Below are positions 37,996 to 47,789 of a DNA stretch of 64,000 bases, one piece after another; position 1 is the stretch's first letter; the number at the start of each line of letters is the position of its first letter. The DNA lies in NCBI GenBank assembly GCA_964450915.1, contig CAYVFG010000003.1, forward strand, positions 3,217 through 67,216, in the 5' to 3' direction. Both the position numbers and the translations under genes were made by a program. The notes under the pieces were generated by a model that ran no database searches, was not told the origin of the DNA, and saw only the letters and a list, made by a program, of their open reading frames with translations. Origin of the DNA: an uncultured Candidatus Saccharibacteria bacterium. GTDB lineage: Bacteria > Patescibacteriota > Andersenbacteria > UBA10190.

Positions 37996-38667
37996 ATGAC
38001 TACTATCCCCCACGGCCGAGTTATGGACAGTGCGGCTCATGCTCCGGTTTCCGGAGCTCAAGTGATGATTTATGATGCAACGGGCAAGTTGCATTCTACG
38101 CTCACCACGAATGATCAAGGTGAATTTCCTACGAGCTTTCCGAAGGGCGAATATGGAATAACAATTCATGCTGCGGGTTATGCACTGGACGCCGAAGCAT
38201 CCTTTACGATGCCCAAAATCGCAGATGTGATGTATGACGGCGGAACGTTTGCAGTAGAGCAAGACGATGAACCAATAGACATTGTTGTGCCTGTGAAGAA
38301 AAATACTGATGAAAAACGATCCAGTTCCGGACTGCTTCGATCGCTCTGGGGTACGCTGCAGTTTGAAATGAGCAAACGGAATCGTAAAAAAAATTCATCG
38401 TATGGAATTGTTCGAGATGCCAGTACTCAAAAGCCACTCGATTTGGCTGTTATTCGTTTGTTTGATGAAAAAACGGGGCAATTACTAGAAACGAAGATTT
38501 CGGATACATACGGAAAGTTTTCGCTGTTTCCCTCGCCAGGCACGTACAGAATAACTATCAGTCGAGAGGGGTATGCAGATGCTGTACGCGAGCATATTCA
38601 AGTGTCTGCTACCGGAGAATCCACGCTTCTTGACCCTGTTGATTTGAACCAAAAACCTGTGGTATAA
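37996..38667 (+). CDS. Protein with two carboxypeptidase-regulatory-like domains
   Basis: Two G.V.D....P...A.V.....T...G.F....G.Y.I repeats. Confidence 0.75.
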   Translation: MTTIPHGRVMDSAAHAPVSGAQVMIYDATGKLHSTLTTNDQGEFPTSFPKGEYGITIHAAGYALDAEASFTMPKIADVMYDGGTFAVEQDDEPIDIVVPVKKNTDEKRSSSGLLRSLWGTLQFEMSKRNRKKNSSYGIVRDASTQKPLDLAVIRLFDEKTGQLLETKISDTYGKFSLFPSPGTYRITISREGYADAVREHIQVSATGESTLLDPVDLNQKPVV

Positions 38668-38675
38668 CCAAACCT

Positions 38676-39371
38676 ATGCAAGCAATTATTTTAATGGCAG
38701 GAAAAGGAACTCGCATGGCAAAGTACTACGAAGGCCCGAAGCAGCTGCTACCAGTTGCAGGAAAACCCGTTGTAGAATATTTGCTCCAAGCGCTTCCTGA
38801 GGAAATTACAGAATTAATTTTCGTTGTGGGCGGCCCGCATGAGGCCACAATTCGAGAGTATTTTAAATCGGGTGAGCATATGGGGCGTCCGATTACATTT
38901 GTAAAGCAAGAAGAGCAGCTGGGATTAGCTCACGCATTCTTTACGGCAAAGGATTTGATTCACGGTAAGTGGTTCGGTAGCGTTGCTGACGATATCTATG
39001 ATCCTGCAGCGCTTAAAGAGCTTGTGCAGCAAGACTTAGGGTTGTATTCATACCGAGTTCCTAATCCGGAACAGTTTGGCGTGCTTGTAGTTGACGAAGA
39101 TGGATACGTGGTAAAGGCAGTTGAAAAACCTCAAGAGTTTGTATCTGATTTGATTTGGGGCGGAGCGATGGTAATGGATGAGAGTTTCTTTGAGGTTGAA
39201 ATTACGCCATCAGCGCGCGGAGAATATGAAACCCCGGATGTATGGATGAAGCTAATTAACGAAAAAGGAAAGAAGATTAAAACGGTTGAATGCTCATATT
39301 GGTTCCCAGTAAATGACAAGCCACAATTAGACGCCGCAGAGGCGAAGATGAAAGAATTGGGGCTGGCGTAA
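38676..39371 (+). CDS. Sugar-phosphate nucleotidyltransferase
   Basis: AGKGTRM....PKQL, EKP, SARGEYE. Confidence 0.9.
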   Translation: MQAIILMAGKGTRMAKYYEGPKQLLPVAGKPVVEYLLQALPEEITELIFVVGGPHEATIREYFKSGEHMGRPITFVKQEEQLGLAHAFFTAKDLIHGKWFGSVADDIYDPAALKELVQQDLGLYSYRVPNPEQFGVLVVDEDGYVVKAVEKPQEFVSDLIWGGAMVMDESFFEVEITPSARGEYETPDVWMKLINEKGKKIKTVECSYWFPVNDKPQLDAAEAKMKELGLA

Positions 39372-39385
39372 TATCTTCCGAAAAT

Positions 39386-39420
39386 AAAAAATCGCACTTA
39401 GATAAGTGCGATTTTTTATT
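39386..39420. terminator. Bidirectional terminator
   Basis: aaaaaatcgcactta-ga-taagtgcgatttttt between convergent genes. Confidence 0.85.
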
Positions 39421-39431
39421 CTGTAGAGAGT

Positions 39432-40748
39432 TTATCCTCGTCCTACGCTGTGATATACGAATCCTTTCGCTTCCATATCTTTTGGATCGAACATATTTCT
39501 GCCATCAATGATGATTGGATTATGCAGAGATTTTTTAACTAGGTCCCAATCCGGATTTTTGAATTCGTCCCATTCCGTAACAATCACCAATGCATCCGCG
39601 TCTTTAAGAGCTTCTTCTTTAGAGGATACGTACGCAACTTTATCGCCAAGCACTTCTTTTGCAGTGTGGCGCGCTTCAGGGTCGTAGGCTGCAATAATAG
39701 CGCCGTCTTTGTGCAATCGTTCAACGATAGTGATACTTGGAGCGTTACGCATGTCGTCGGTGTTTGCTTTAAACGCTAGCCCCCACAATGCGATTTTCTT
39801 GCCCTTGGTAATCCAAAGCGCCTTTTCGATTTTCTGGATAAACAATTCGCGCATGTCTTCGTTGATTTTTTCCACTTCTTTTAACACGTCGAAGTTGTAG
39901 CCCAAGTCTTCTGCAATAGTAATAAATGCAGATACGTCTTTCGGGAAGCAGGATCCGCCGTATCCGATACCGGCATTTAAGAATGATTTGCCGATTCTGG
40001 AATCTAATCCCATGCCATACGTAACCTGATCAATATTTGCATTTGATAGTTCGCAGATGCGAGCAAGTGCATTCGCAAATGAAATCTTCATAGCCAAAAA
40101 CGAATTGCTTGCGTGTTTGATGAGCTCGGCGCTATTTACGTTCGTTTCAATAAACGGAGCATCGATCGGTTCGTAAATTTCTCGCATAATCTTTGCTGCT
40201 CGTTCGTTTTCAACTCCGACAACAATGCGATCCGGTTTCATAAAATCTTCAATAGCTGATCCTTCTCGCAAAAATTCAGGATTGCTGACGACATCAAAAT
40301 CGAGTCCGTGCTTATTGTATTGCTTTACCGTTTCAAGAACCCGTTCACCCGTTTTAACTGGCACGGTACTTTTATCTACGATGACTTTGTAAGAAGTAGC
40401 AGCTTCTGCAATTTCTCGAGTTGCTCCAGCAACGAATGATAGGTCTGCCCGACCATTTGCCTGTGGAGGAGTGTTAACGGCGATGAAAATGACTTCGGAT
40501 TGTTCCACTGCTTTTTTTAGGCTTGTAGTAAATGTAAGGCGGCCTTCTTTTACGTTCTTTTTTACAAGTTCTTCTAGGCCTGGTTCATAGATCGGAATAT
40601 GGCCGTTTTTTAGTTTCTCTATTTTTTGTTCGTTATTATCTACAAGAACGACCGTATGGCCGATTTCTGCTAAACATGTACCGGAAACAAGTCCTACGTA
40701 TCCTGCTCCTATAAATGCCAATGTGTGTGGGTTTGATGGTTTATTCAT
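39432..40748 (-). CDS. ugd: UDP-glucose 6-dehydrogenase
   Basis: GAGYVG, NPEFLREG, GYGGSCFPKD. Confidence 0.95.
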   Translation of the reverse strand: MNKPSNPHTLAFIGAGYVGLVSGTCLAEIGHTVVLVDNNEQKIEKLKNGHIPIYEPGLEELVKKNVKEGRLTFTTSLKKAVEQSEVIFIAVNTPPQANGRADLSFVAGATREIAEAATSYKVIVDKSTVPVKTGERVLETVKQYNKHGLDFDVVSNPEFLREGSAIEDFMKPDRIVVGVENERAAKIMREIYEPIDAPFIETNVNSAELIKHASNSFLAMKISFANALARICELSNANIDQVTYGMGLDSRIGKSFLNAGIGYGGSCFPKDVSAFITIAEDLGYNFDVLKEVEKINEDMRELFIQKIEKALWITKGKKIALWGLAFKANTDDMRNAPSITIVERLHKDGAIIAAYDPEARHTAKEVLGDKVAYVSSKEEALKDADALVIVTEWDEFKNPDWDLVKKSLHNPIIIDGRNMFDPKDMEAKGFVYHSVGRG

Positions 40749-40767
40749 GTACTATGTATACCTAAAG

Positions 40768-41589
40768 TTATAGAAAAATACGAGTGTTGCTCTGTTTTAC
40801 GAGGTTGTCTTGCACTAAGGATTCTAGTATCTCTATTGCTGAGTAATCTTGCTCATCGTTTCTGAGTAGTTCTTCAAGATAATCTAATCCAGCATTCTTG
40901 GGCATGCTTTTTTCTGGCTGAGCTAGTAAGGTGCGCATTAGTTTTGCTCGATACGATCTAAAAGAGCCAGCAAATTTACTTTGTTTCGTATAATGCTTAC
41001 TTTTTTTATTTATTTTTTTATCTTTTAAAACCATCGCCCCATAGTCGAATAATGCCCAGTGCCAATTTGCAGGATCTTCTTTTGGGATAGATTTTTTTGC
41101 TAATTCTAGAATATCTTTATCGTGGACGTCTGTCTTATCGTGAAAAAAGAAGTGCAAATATACGCGCCTAATGTTTGTATCAATGAATGCTTCAGTATTT
41201 CCAAATGCGAAACAGGAAATTGCACCAGCAGTATACGGCCCGATGCCAGGCAGGGTAAGTAGAGTTTTTACGTCCTTCGGGAATTTGCCGTTATGATCTG
41301 TAATAATTGCTTTGCATGCTTCCTTTAAAAACCGTGCTCGGCGCCAATAGCCTAATCCTGACCATATTGCTAATAAGTCTGCATCTTTGCACTGCGCAAG
41401 CGATTTTATATTTGGAAATGCCTGTAAAAATTCTTTGTATTTAGGAAGCACTCGAGACACTTGGGTCTGCTGGAGCATGATTTCCGAAACCATAATTCGA
41501 TACGGATTTTTCGTATTTCTCCATGGCAGATTTCGCTTATTGCCTTTGTACCAATCAAGAATCGTTTTCTGGAATTTAGCGGTTGTCAT
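40768..41589 (-). CDS. mutY: A/G-specific adenine glycosylase lacking the FeS motif
   Basis: LPWR, VSEIMLQQTQV, W.GLGY, LPGIGPYTA, DTN. Confidence 0.88.
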   Translation of the reverse strand: MTTAKFQKTILDWYKGNKRNLPWRNTKNPYRIMVSEIMLQQTQVSRVLPKYKEFLQAFPNIKSLAQCKDADLLAIWSGLGYWRRARFLKEACKAIITDHNGKFPKDVKTLLTLPGIGPYTAGAISCFAFGNTEAFIDTNIRRVYLHFFFHDKTDVHDKDILELAKKSIPKEDPANWHWALFDYGAMVLKDKKINKKSKHYTKQSKFAGSFRSYRAKLMRTLLAQPEKSMPKNAGLDYLEELLRNDEQDYSAIEILESLVQDNLVKQSNTRIFL

Positions 41590-42112
41590 GAGGAAACAGT
41601 AATCCTTTCTTCGTGATAATTAAAAACCAAGGAGTGAATGTTTCGGGATGTTCACTAATTTCTTGTTCTAGGTCTTCTTTTGAAATCCATCTATATGCCA
41701 TCGCTTCTTCTGGATTAGGAACGATAACATCATCGTGCATTCCGGAGTAGACATGTAAATATTCGTGTTCTATTAAATTTGGCGGAACGGGAACGTTATA
41801 GATAAATGCTGTCTGCTTTGTAAGAGACGTATCAAATCCCATTTCTTCTTGAAGCCTTCTATGGGGAGCACTGTCCGTCGGCTCGTCTTTCATGGGGTGT
41901 CCGCAGCACGCGTTCGTCCATAAGCCTCCAGAGTGATATTTGGTGAGCGCTCGCTGCTGCAGGAGCATTTCGTCGTTGCTATTATAAATTAATATTGAAA
42001 ACGCTCGATGCAACAGGCCTTGCTGATGAACTGCTAGCTTTTCACCAGTTCCCACTTGCTCATCGTGCTCGTTAACTAGAATAATGGTGTTTTTTCGCTC
42101 TTCTTCTGTCAT
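41576..42112 (-). CDS. idi: Isopentenyl-diphosphate delta-isomerase type 1
   Basis: LHRAFS, WTNACCGHP, EHE, FTPW. Confidence 0.95.
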   Translation of the reverse strand: MTEEERKNTIILVNEHDEQVGTGEKLAVHQQGLLHRAFSILIYNSNDEMLLQQRALTKYHSGGLWTNACCGHPMKDEPTDSAPHRRLQEEMGFDTSLTKQTAFIYNVPVPPNLIEHEYLHVYSGMHDDVIVPNPEEAMAYRWISKEDLEQEISEHPETFTPWFLIITKKGLLFPHDNR

Positions 42113-42119
42113 AGTGTTG

Positions 42120-42202
42120 TGCCGCGGGAGAGAATCGAACTCTCATGAAGTTGCCTTCGCAGGATTTTGAGTCCTGTGCGTCTACCGTTCCGCCACCACG
42201 GC
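42120..42202 (-). tRNA. tRNA-Leu(CAA); CCA not encoded
   Basis: GCCGTGG acceptor, anticodon arm cagga-ctCAAaa-tcctg, long variable arm, GTTCGATT. Confidence 0.95.
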
Positions 42203-42339
42203 TGTTGTTACACTCTATATCCAGATGCATTTATTTTCCAGTCCGCATGCCTATTCGGCTCGCAACGTAGCTAAAACCGGCCTGGGCAAAACTGCCCATT
42301 GCGTAGGTGTGTAAAACTCTATACCATTTGAGGTATCGT

Positions 42340-43104
42340 ATGTCGGAAACACTTGCTGTAGTAAATCAGAAGGGTGGCGTGGGCAAGACAACCACGAGTG
42401 TTAATCTTGGCAGCTATTTGGCAGATTCTGGCAAAAACGTATTGATTGTAGATTTGGATCCGCAGGCGAATGCAACTGCCGGGGTCGGTGTTACGGTAGG
42501 CGAAGGGATTCCGAGCCTGTATGACTTGCTTGCGGGAGAAGTTCCTATCGAAAAAGTTATTTTCCCAACGCATTTGGAGCGATTGAACATTATTCCGTCT
42601 ACTCCGGACTTAGCAGGCGCTGCAATGGAGCTTATGGACGAAAGTTATCGAGAATACAGGTTGCGACGAGCGCTGAAGGCCGTAAAAGACAGTTACGATT
42701 TTATTTTAATTGATTGCCCACCAAGCTTGGGCTTATTGACGATTAATGGTCTTGCTGCAGCAGATAGGCTGCTTATACCTGTGCAATGCGAATTTTATGC
42801 ATTAGAGGGGTTGCATCAACTGTTAAATACTGTCGATTTAGTGAGAAAGCATCTCAATCCGCGATTGCAGGTGCTAGGCGCTGTGCTTACGATGTTTGAT
42901 CGCAGAACTGCGCTTTCTCGCAAAGTGGTACGCGAAGTGCGCAAAACATTCCCGGGCCACGTTTTTGAAAGCATTATTCCGCGCAATACGGAACTTGCGG
43001 AGGCCCCAAGCACCGGACAGACTATTTTAGAGTATGATCGATTATCTCCTGGAGCGCGAGCGTACGAATATTTGTCTGAAGAATTGTTGGATCTCTATTC
43101 TTAA
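42340..43104 (+). CDS. parA: Chromosome partitioning ATPase ParA/Soj
   Basis: NQKGGVGKTT, DLDPQANAT, IDCPPSLG. Confidence 0.96.
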   Translation: MSETLAVVNQKGGVGKTTTSVNLGSYLADSGKNVLIVDLDPQANATAGVGVTVGEGIPSLYDLLAGEVPIEKVIFPTHLERLNIIPSTPDLAGAAMELMDESYREYRLRRALKAVKDSYDFILIDCPPSLGLLTINGLAAADRLLIPVQCEFYALEGLHQLLNTVDLVRKHLNPRLQVLGAVLTMFDRRTALSRKVVREVRKTFPGHVFESIIPRNTELAEAPSTGQTILEYDRLSPGARAYEYLSEELLDLYS

Positions 43105-43119
43105 CTACTATTATTATCT

Positions 43120-44499
43120 ATGGGACTTGGACGAGGACTAGCATCACTTATTTCACGCCGCGACAATCAATCCGCTGACGATGTGCTCGAGCAGATCGAT
43201 AGCATGGAGGAATTAAATGAAGAAACGGGCGTGGTGCGCGATTTTCGAGATTTGCAGCGGGATGCTGATGATGAAGTGATTGCTGCGCCAAAAAAACCAC
43301 TGGTAACTCCTATTTTCTTGGATCCGGAGGATGCTCGTATGCACGAAGATGAAGTGGCGGAAAAAGTTTCTATTACAAAAGTTGTGGTGGAAGAAAAAAA
43401 TGAAGATATCGAAGAAGAGCCTGCGGAAGTAGAGGTTGAGGAAGTGGAGGTTACCGAGGAGCCGGCTGTTGAAGAGAAAACGGAACCAGTTACGCCAGAA
43501 GTTGAACTACCTCGTCCCGCCCCGCAGGGCGAGGCTCGCTCTGAAGAGCGGCCAGAAGAGCCCGAGGAGGCGGAAGATGATGACGATGTGTCTGAGGTAC
43601 TAGTTGCTCAGGCAATGAAGTACGACGGCATCTGGGACCGACACGAAGATACTGTTCGCCATATTCCTGTTGCAGATATTACCATTAACCCTCTCCAGCC
43701 GCGAAGATCGTTCGATGAAAATGAATTAAAAGATTTGCAAGAATCTATTTCAAAGAACGGAATTCTTCAGCCCTTGGTTGTTCGCAGATTGGATAACGAC
43801 AAGTTTGAATTGATTGCAGGGGAGCGGCGCTTGCGTTCTGCAAAGGCTCTTAAATGGGAAAAGGTTCCATGCGTTATTCGAAAAGATGTTTCTTCTGACC
43901 AATCTCGATTAGTGTTTGCGCTTGTCGAAAACATTCAGCGAGAAAACTTGAATCCAATTGAAGAAGCGCTGGCATATAAGCAGCTTAATGAGGATTACGG
44001 ATTGACTCATGAAGAAATTGGTCAGCGAGTAGGGAAGAGTCGTGTTGGTGTAACGAATATTGTCCGCGTATTGCAACTCCCTGCTGAAATTCAACGCGGA
44101 ATGGTGGAAGGAAAAATTACGATGGGACATGCAAAGGCAATCTTGATGATTCCGGATCCGGAAAAGCAAATTCGATTCTATCATCATTTGGTTGATGAAG
44201 GGCTTACGGTTCGAAAAGCAGAGCTCCGTGCCCGCAGAATTCAGCGAACGATGGTGACGGGCGTTTCAACTCCTCGCAATCGATTTAAGGATCGCCATCC
44301 ATTGTCGCTCAAGTACACACCCATGATCGAAGAGCGATTCGGATACTTAACTCACATTAAATACGAAGAAGATAAGAAGGCATTTGAAGTTGTGCTTCGC
44401 GCAACAAACGATAAAGAACTAGAAGAGCTTGTGGGCCGCTTACTAGGCCAGCGCTCATTGCCATCCAACGACCTGGATCGCGACGTGATTGAGGATTAG
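43120..44499 (+). CDS. parB: Chromosome partitioning protein ParB with long acidic linker
   Basis: GLGRGL, NPLQPRR, IAGERRLR, ENIQRENLNPIEEA. Confidence 0.95.
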   Translation: MGLGRGLASLISRRDNQSADDVLEQIDSMEELNEETGVVRDFRDLQRDADDEVIAAPKKPLVTPIFLDPEDARMHEDEVAEKVSITKVVVEEKNEDIEEEPAEVEVEEVEVTEEPAVEEKTEPVTPEVELPRPAPQGEARSEERPEEPEEAEDDDDVSEVLVAQAMKYDGIWDRHEDTVRHIPVADITINPLQPRRSFDENELKDLQESISKNGILQPLVVRRLDNDKFELIAGERRLRSAKALKWEKVPCVIRKDVSSDQSRLVFALVENIQRENLNPIEEALAYKQLNEDYGLTHEEIGQRVGKSRVGVTNIVRVLQLPAEIQRGMVEGKITMGHAKAILMIPDPEKQIRFYHHLVDEGLTVRKAELRARRIQRTMVTGVSTPRNRFKDRHPLSLKYTPMIEERFGYLTHIKYEEDKKAFEVVLRATNDKELEELVGRLLGQRSLPSNDLDRDVIED

Positions 44500-44519
44500 C
44501 GGAATTAATTGTTAAAATT

Positions 44520-45545
44520 ATGAGGGTGTCTGCTGTCAGTATAGCGTTGCTAGTAGCTGCTTTTCTGGTAGTTTTGATGCTTGGAATGGTTGCGCTGCAG
44601 CATCGTGCCTATGTTTCGCCTGTCATTGCTCGAAGCCAAGGACAAGTAACTGTTCATTCATGTTCCGGCATGAACGGCGTGAGCGAACCTTGCTATTGGA
44701 GATATGAATACAACGCGCCTGCTTGTGGGCAAGGAGCTTGTTCGAAAATGGTCATATTCTTTAGCGGTGGTGAAATGAACTGCGACGATTCGTACGGCAA
44801 CCCGAATACTGTGTATGGCAAGATATTGGATGCATATGCGCAGGATGGGTATGTTGCGGTGTGCGCAGGGACCTTCATAACAAGCAAGGGCGGGCAATCG
44901 ACCCCGTATTCCCAAGAAGCAACTCGGGTTGACGCGCTTGTAAAAAACATTCGGGCATCCTCGGATATTCTCAAGGCGTGGAATGGGGATCAGCTCCTCT
45001 TTTCCGGAGTTAGTCACGGTGCAACTGCGCCTGTAACAACGATGGCGCAAACAACGCTCGATGAGCAGGCAGCGTGGAAGGGGGCTAAAACAACAGGGGC
45101 GTGTTTCTTGGACGGCATGTATGACACCGTTGCTGCTGACGCATTTTTGCAGAATGGTACTCCTCGTGCACAATGCAATGCACTCCATACTGCAACTGCG
45201 TGCGCACGATATTTCAATACGTCTTCCTGCCCCGCTGTTACTCAAAGCAATGCTCTTGCGGCGCAGGATACGATCGTGCATGTAAACCCTTCTGTATTTA
45301 CTATTTCCCATTGGAAGCTCGTAGAGTGCGGAAGTGCCTTGCCTGCTTGCGGAGTACAAGGCAATCCAACAGCGGGCGATGCCCTGCCTGCTGCGCCAAT
45401 ACAGCAGCTATGCACCAGTATTCAAGGGGCATCTCAACAGTCCTGTACCTTTGGTTCGCTTCCTGACCAAAGTCATCAGATGTGCGCAGGAACTCCCCAA
45501 GGAATTAACCAATGCCAGAGTTGGTTTGATGGAATTGTTCGGTAG
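44520..45545 (+). CDS. Secreted Cys-rich alpha/beta hydrolase
   Basis: Signal/TM, IFFSGG oxyanion region, GVSHG nucleophile elbow, late Asp and His. Confidence 0.6.
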   Translation: MRVSAVSIALLVAAFLVVLMLGMVALQHRAYVSPVIARSQGQVTVHSCSGMNGVSEPCYWRYEYNAPACGQGACSKMVIFFSGGEMNCDDSYGNPNTVYGKILDAYAQDGYVAVCAGTFITSKGGQSTPYSQEATRVDALVKNIRASSDILKAWNGDQLLFSGVSHGATAPVTTMAQTTLDEQAAWKGAKTTGACFLDGMYDTVAADAFLQNGTPRAQCNALHTATACARYFNTSSCPAVTQSNALAAQDTIVHVNPSVFTISHWKLVECGSALPACGVQGNPTAGDALPAAPIQQLCTSIQGASQQSCTFGSLPDQSHQMCAGTPQGINQCQSWFDGIVR

Positions 45546-45559
45546 GTGAAAGTCGTTAT

Positions 45560-47746
45560 TTATTCTTGCTCGTTCTCTTTGCTGAACTTACACGTTTTGC
45601 TGCTGCAGCGGATCGTATTTTTTGCGCCATACACAAGGAGACTTTCGCATTGCGGGCATTTTTCTCCAGTCGGCTTGCTCCAATATGCATTTTTGCATTC
45701 CGGATATTGATCGCATGCGTAGAATGTTTTGCCGCGTTTGGACTTCTTTTCAATAATACTGCCCTTGCCGCACAGCGGACATTTTACGCCGGTATCTTTA
45801 ACGATCGGCGTAATGTGTTTGCAATCCGGGTATCCGGAACAACCTAGGAAGGCGCCGAAGCGTCCGCGTTTTACTACTAACGGCTTTCCGCAATCTGGGC
45901 ATATTTTGCCGGAATATTCTTCTTCTAGTTTTTTCTCATCACCCATCGGTTCCGTGTGTTTGCATTCCGGGTAGTTGCTGCACGCTTTGAACTTTCCGAA
46001 TCGTCCAAGCTTGATGACGATATCGCTTCCGCATTTCGGGCACTTTTCATCCGTTGCCGTTTGCGTTAAGTCTTCTTTTTTGAGTTCTTTGTTTTTCTCA
46101 CCGATCAATGCGTGGAATGGTCCGTAGAAATCTTTGATGACGGGCTGCCATTTTTTATCTCCGGATGCAACATCGTCCAGACTTGCCTCCATGTTGGCAG
46201 TAAAGTCGATATCCACAATATTGGGAAAGTGTTCTGTAAGTACGCCATTTACCAATGTTCCAATTTCTGTAGGCGCCAGTCGTTTTTCTTCGTTCTTCTC
46301 CACATACCCACGTTTTTGAATAACATCAATCGTTGGCGCATATGTGCTTGGGCGACCAATGCCATGTTCTTCCAATGCCTTTACTAGGGTTGCTTCCGAG
46401 TATCGTGCAGGAGGCTGCGTAAAATGCTGTTCGGGTGCAAGCTTGGATAGTTTGAGTTCATCGCCTTGCGCAAGTTCTGGCAACACGGATTCCTGAAGCG
46501 CTGCCTTCTCGCCGAGTGCGCGTACGAATCCGTCGAATTGCACGGTCATGCCGTTTGCGCGGAATGTATAGTCGTTAGCCGTAATATCGATTGCTGTCTG
46601 GTTGAGTATTGCATCTGCCATTTGAGATGCAATCATGCGCTGCCAAATGAGGCGATACAGTTTGATTTGGCTTGGTTCGAATTCTGCAGAAAGCATGTCT
46701 GGAGTCTTGGATGGGTCGGTAGGGCGGATAGCTTCGTGTGCTTCTTGCGCGCCTTTGGATTTTTTGGAAAATACTCGCGGAGCAGAAAGCGCATAGTTAT
46801 CACCGAATAATGTTTTAATAGTCGTAGCTGCAACAGCAGTAGCCTCTGTTGAAAGGTTTAACGAGTCTGTTCTCATATATGTAATGTGTCCATTTTCATA
46901 CAAACCTTGGGCGATCATCATGGTGCGCTTGCTGGAGAATCCTAGCTGATTAAATGCTGCCTGTTGCAATGTGCTTGTGGTAAACGGTGCGGGCGCCGTT
47001 CGCTTGCGCTGCTTTACTTCGATATTTGAAACAACGTATTTTGCGTCGGATAATTCTTTTTCGATCCCCTGCACTTCTTCTTTTGATGTGATGCCAAGTT
47101 TTGGAATTGCTTTGCCACCTTTCGCTTTAAGCAAACTAGAAAATTCGGTGCCTTCTTTTTTTACTAATGCTTCAAGTGTCCAATATTCATCTGATTTGAA
47201 CGCATTGATTTCTTCTTCTCGCTGCACAATAAGCCTTACCGCAACGGATTGTACGCGCCCTGCAGACAGGCCTCGGCGCACTTTATTCCAAAGAAGAGGG
47301 GAGAGTTCGTATCCAACCAATCTATCTAATACCCTGCGGGCTTGCTGTGCATCTACGAGGTTAATGTCGAGCTCTCGCGGATTTTGGATCGCGTTTTGGA
47401 TGGCTGTTTTTGTAATTTCGTGGAATGTAATGCGCTTTGCCTTTTCGGGCTTTGGCGCAAGTACCTCGTATAAATGCCAGGCAATTGCTTCTCCTTCACG
47501 ATCTTCGTCAGTTGCAAAGTAGATGATATCTGCTTTAGACGCATATTTTTTTAACTCCTTAATCCGTTCTTCTGCTTTCTCTGGAATAATATAGGTAGGA
47601 ACGAAATTCTTTTTTACATCAACGCCGATTTTGGACTTTGGTAAATCGCGGACATGGCCATAGCTGCTTTTTACGACAAAGCCCTTGCCGAGATATTTCT
47701 GAATTGTTTTCGCCTTTGCGGGCGACTCCACAATCACTAAGTTCAT
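45560..47746 (-). CDS. topA: DNA topoisomerase I
   Basis: IVESPAKAKTI, ATDEDREGE, ITYMRTDS, C-terminal zinc ribbons. Confidence 0.97.
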   Translation of the reverse strand: MNLVIVESPAKAKTIQKYLGKGFVVKSSYGHVRDLPKSKIGVDVKKNFVPTYIIPEKAEERIKELKKYASKADIIYFATDEDREGEAIAWHLYEVLAPKPEKAKRITFHEITKTAIQNAIQNPRELDINLVDAQQARRVLDRLVGYELSPLLWNKVRRGLSAGRVQSVAVRLIVQREEEINAFKSDEYWTLEALVKKEGTEFSSLLKAKGGKAIPKLGITSKEEVQGIEKELSDAKYVVSNIEVKQRKRTAPAPFTTSTLQQAAFNQLGFSSKRTMMIAQGLYENGHITYMRTDSLNLSTEATAVAATTIKTLFGDNYALSAPRVFSKKSKGAQEAHEAIRPTDPSKTPDMLSAEFEPSQIKLYRLIWQRMIASQMADAILNQTAIDITANDYTFRANGMTVQFDGFVRALGEKAALQESVLPELAQGDELKLSKLAPEQHFTQPPARYSEATLVKALEEHGIGRPSTYAPTIDVIQKRGYVEKNEEKRLAPTEIGTLVNGVLTEHFPNIVDIDFTANMEASLDDVASGDKKWQPVIKDFYGPFHALIGEKNKELKKEDLTQTATDEKCPKCGSDIVIKLGRFGKFKACSNYPECKHTEPMGDEKKLEEEYSGKICPDCGKPLVVKRGRFGAFLGCSGYPDCKHITPIVKDTGVKCPLCGKGSIIEKKSKRGKTFYACDQYPECKNAYWSKPTGEKCPQCESLLVYGAKNTIRCSSKTCKFSKENEQE

Positions 47747-47789
47747 ATGTGGGCAGTAAACAGGGAAACGGATGTAATGTCAAAATTAT

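Noticed and set aside
42120-42202. tRNA as an integration site
   Set aside because: No duplicated 3' end or integrase seen, and the flanks are housekeeping genes
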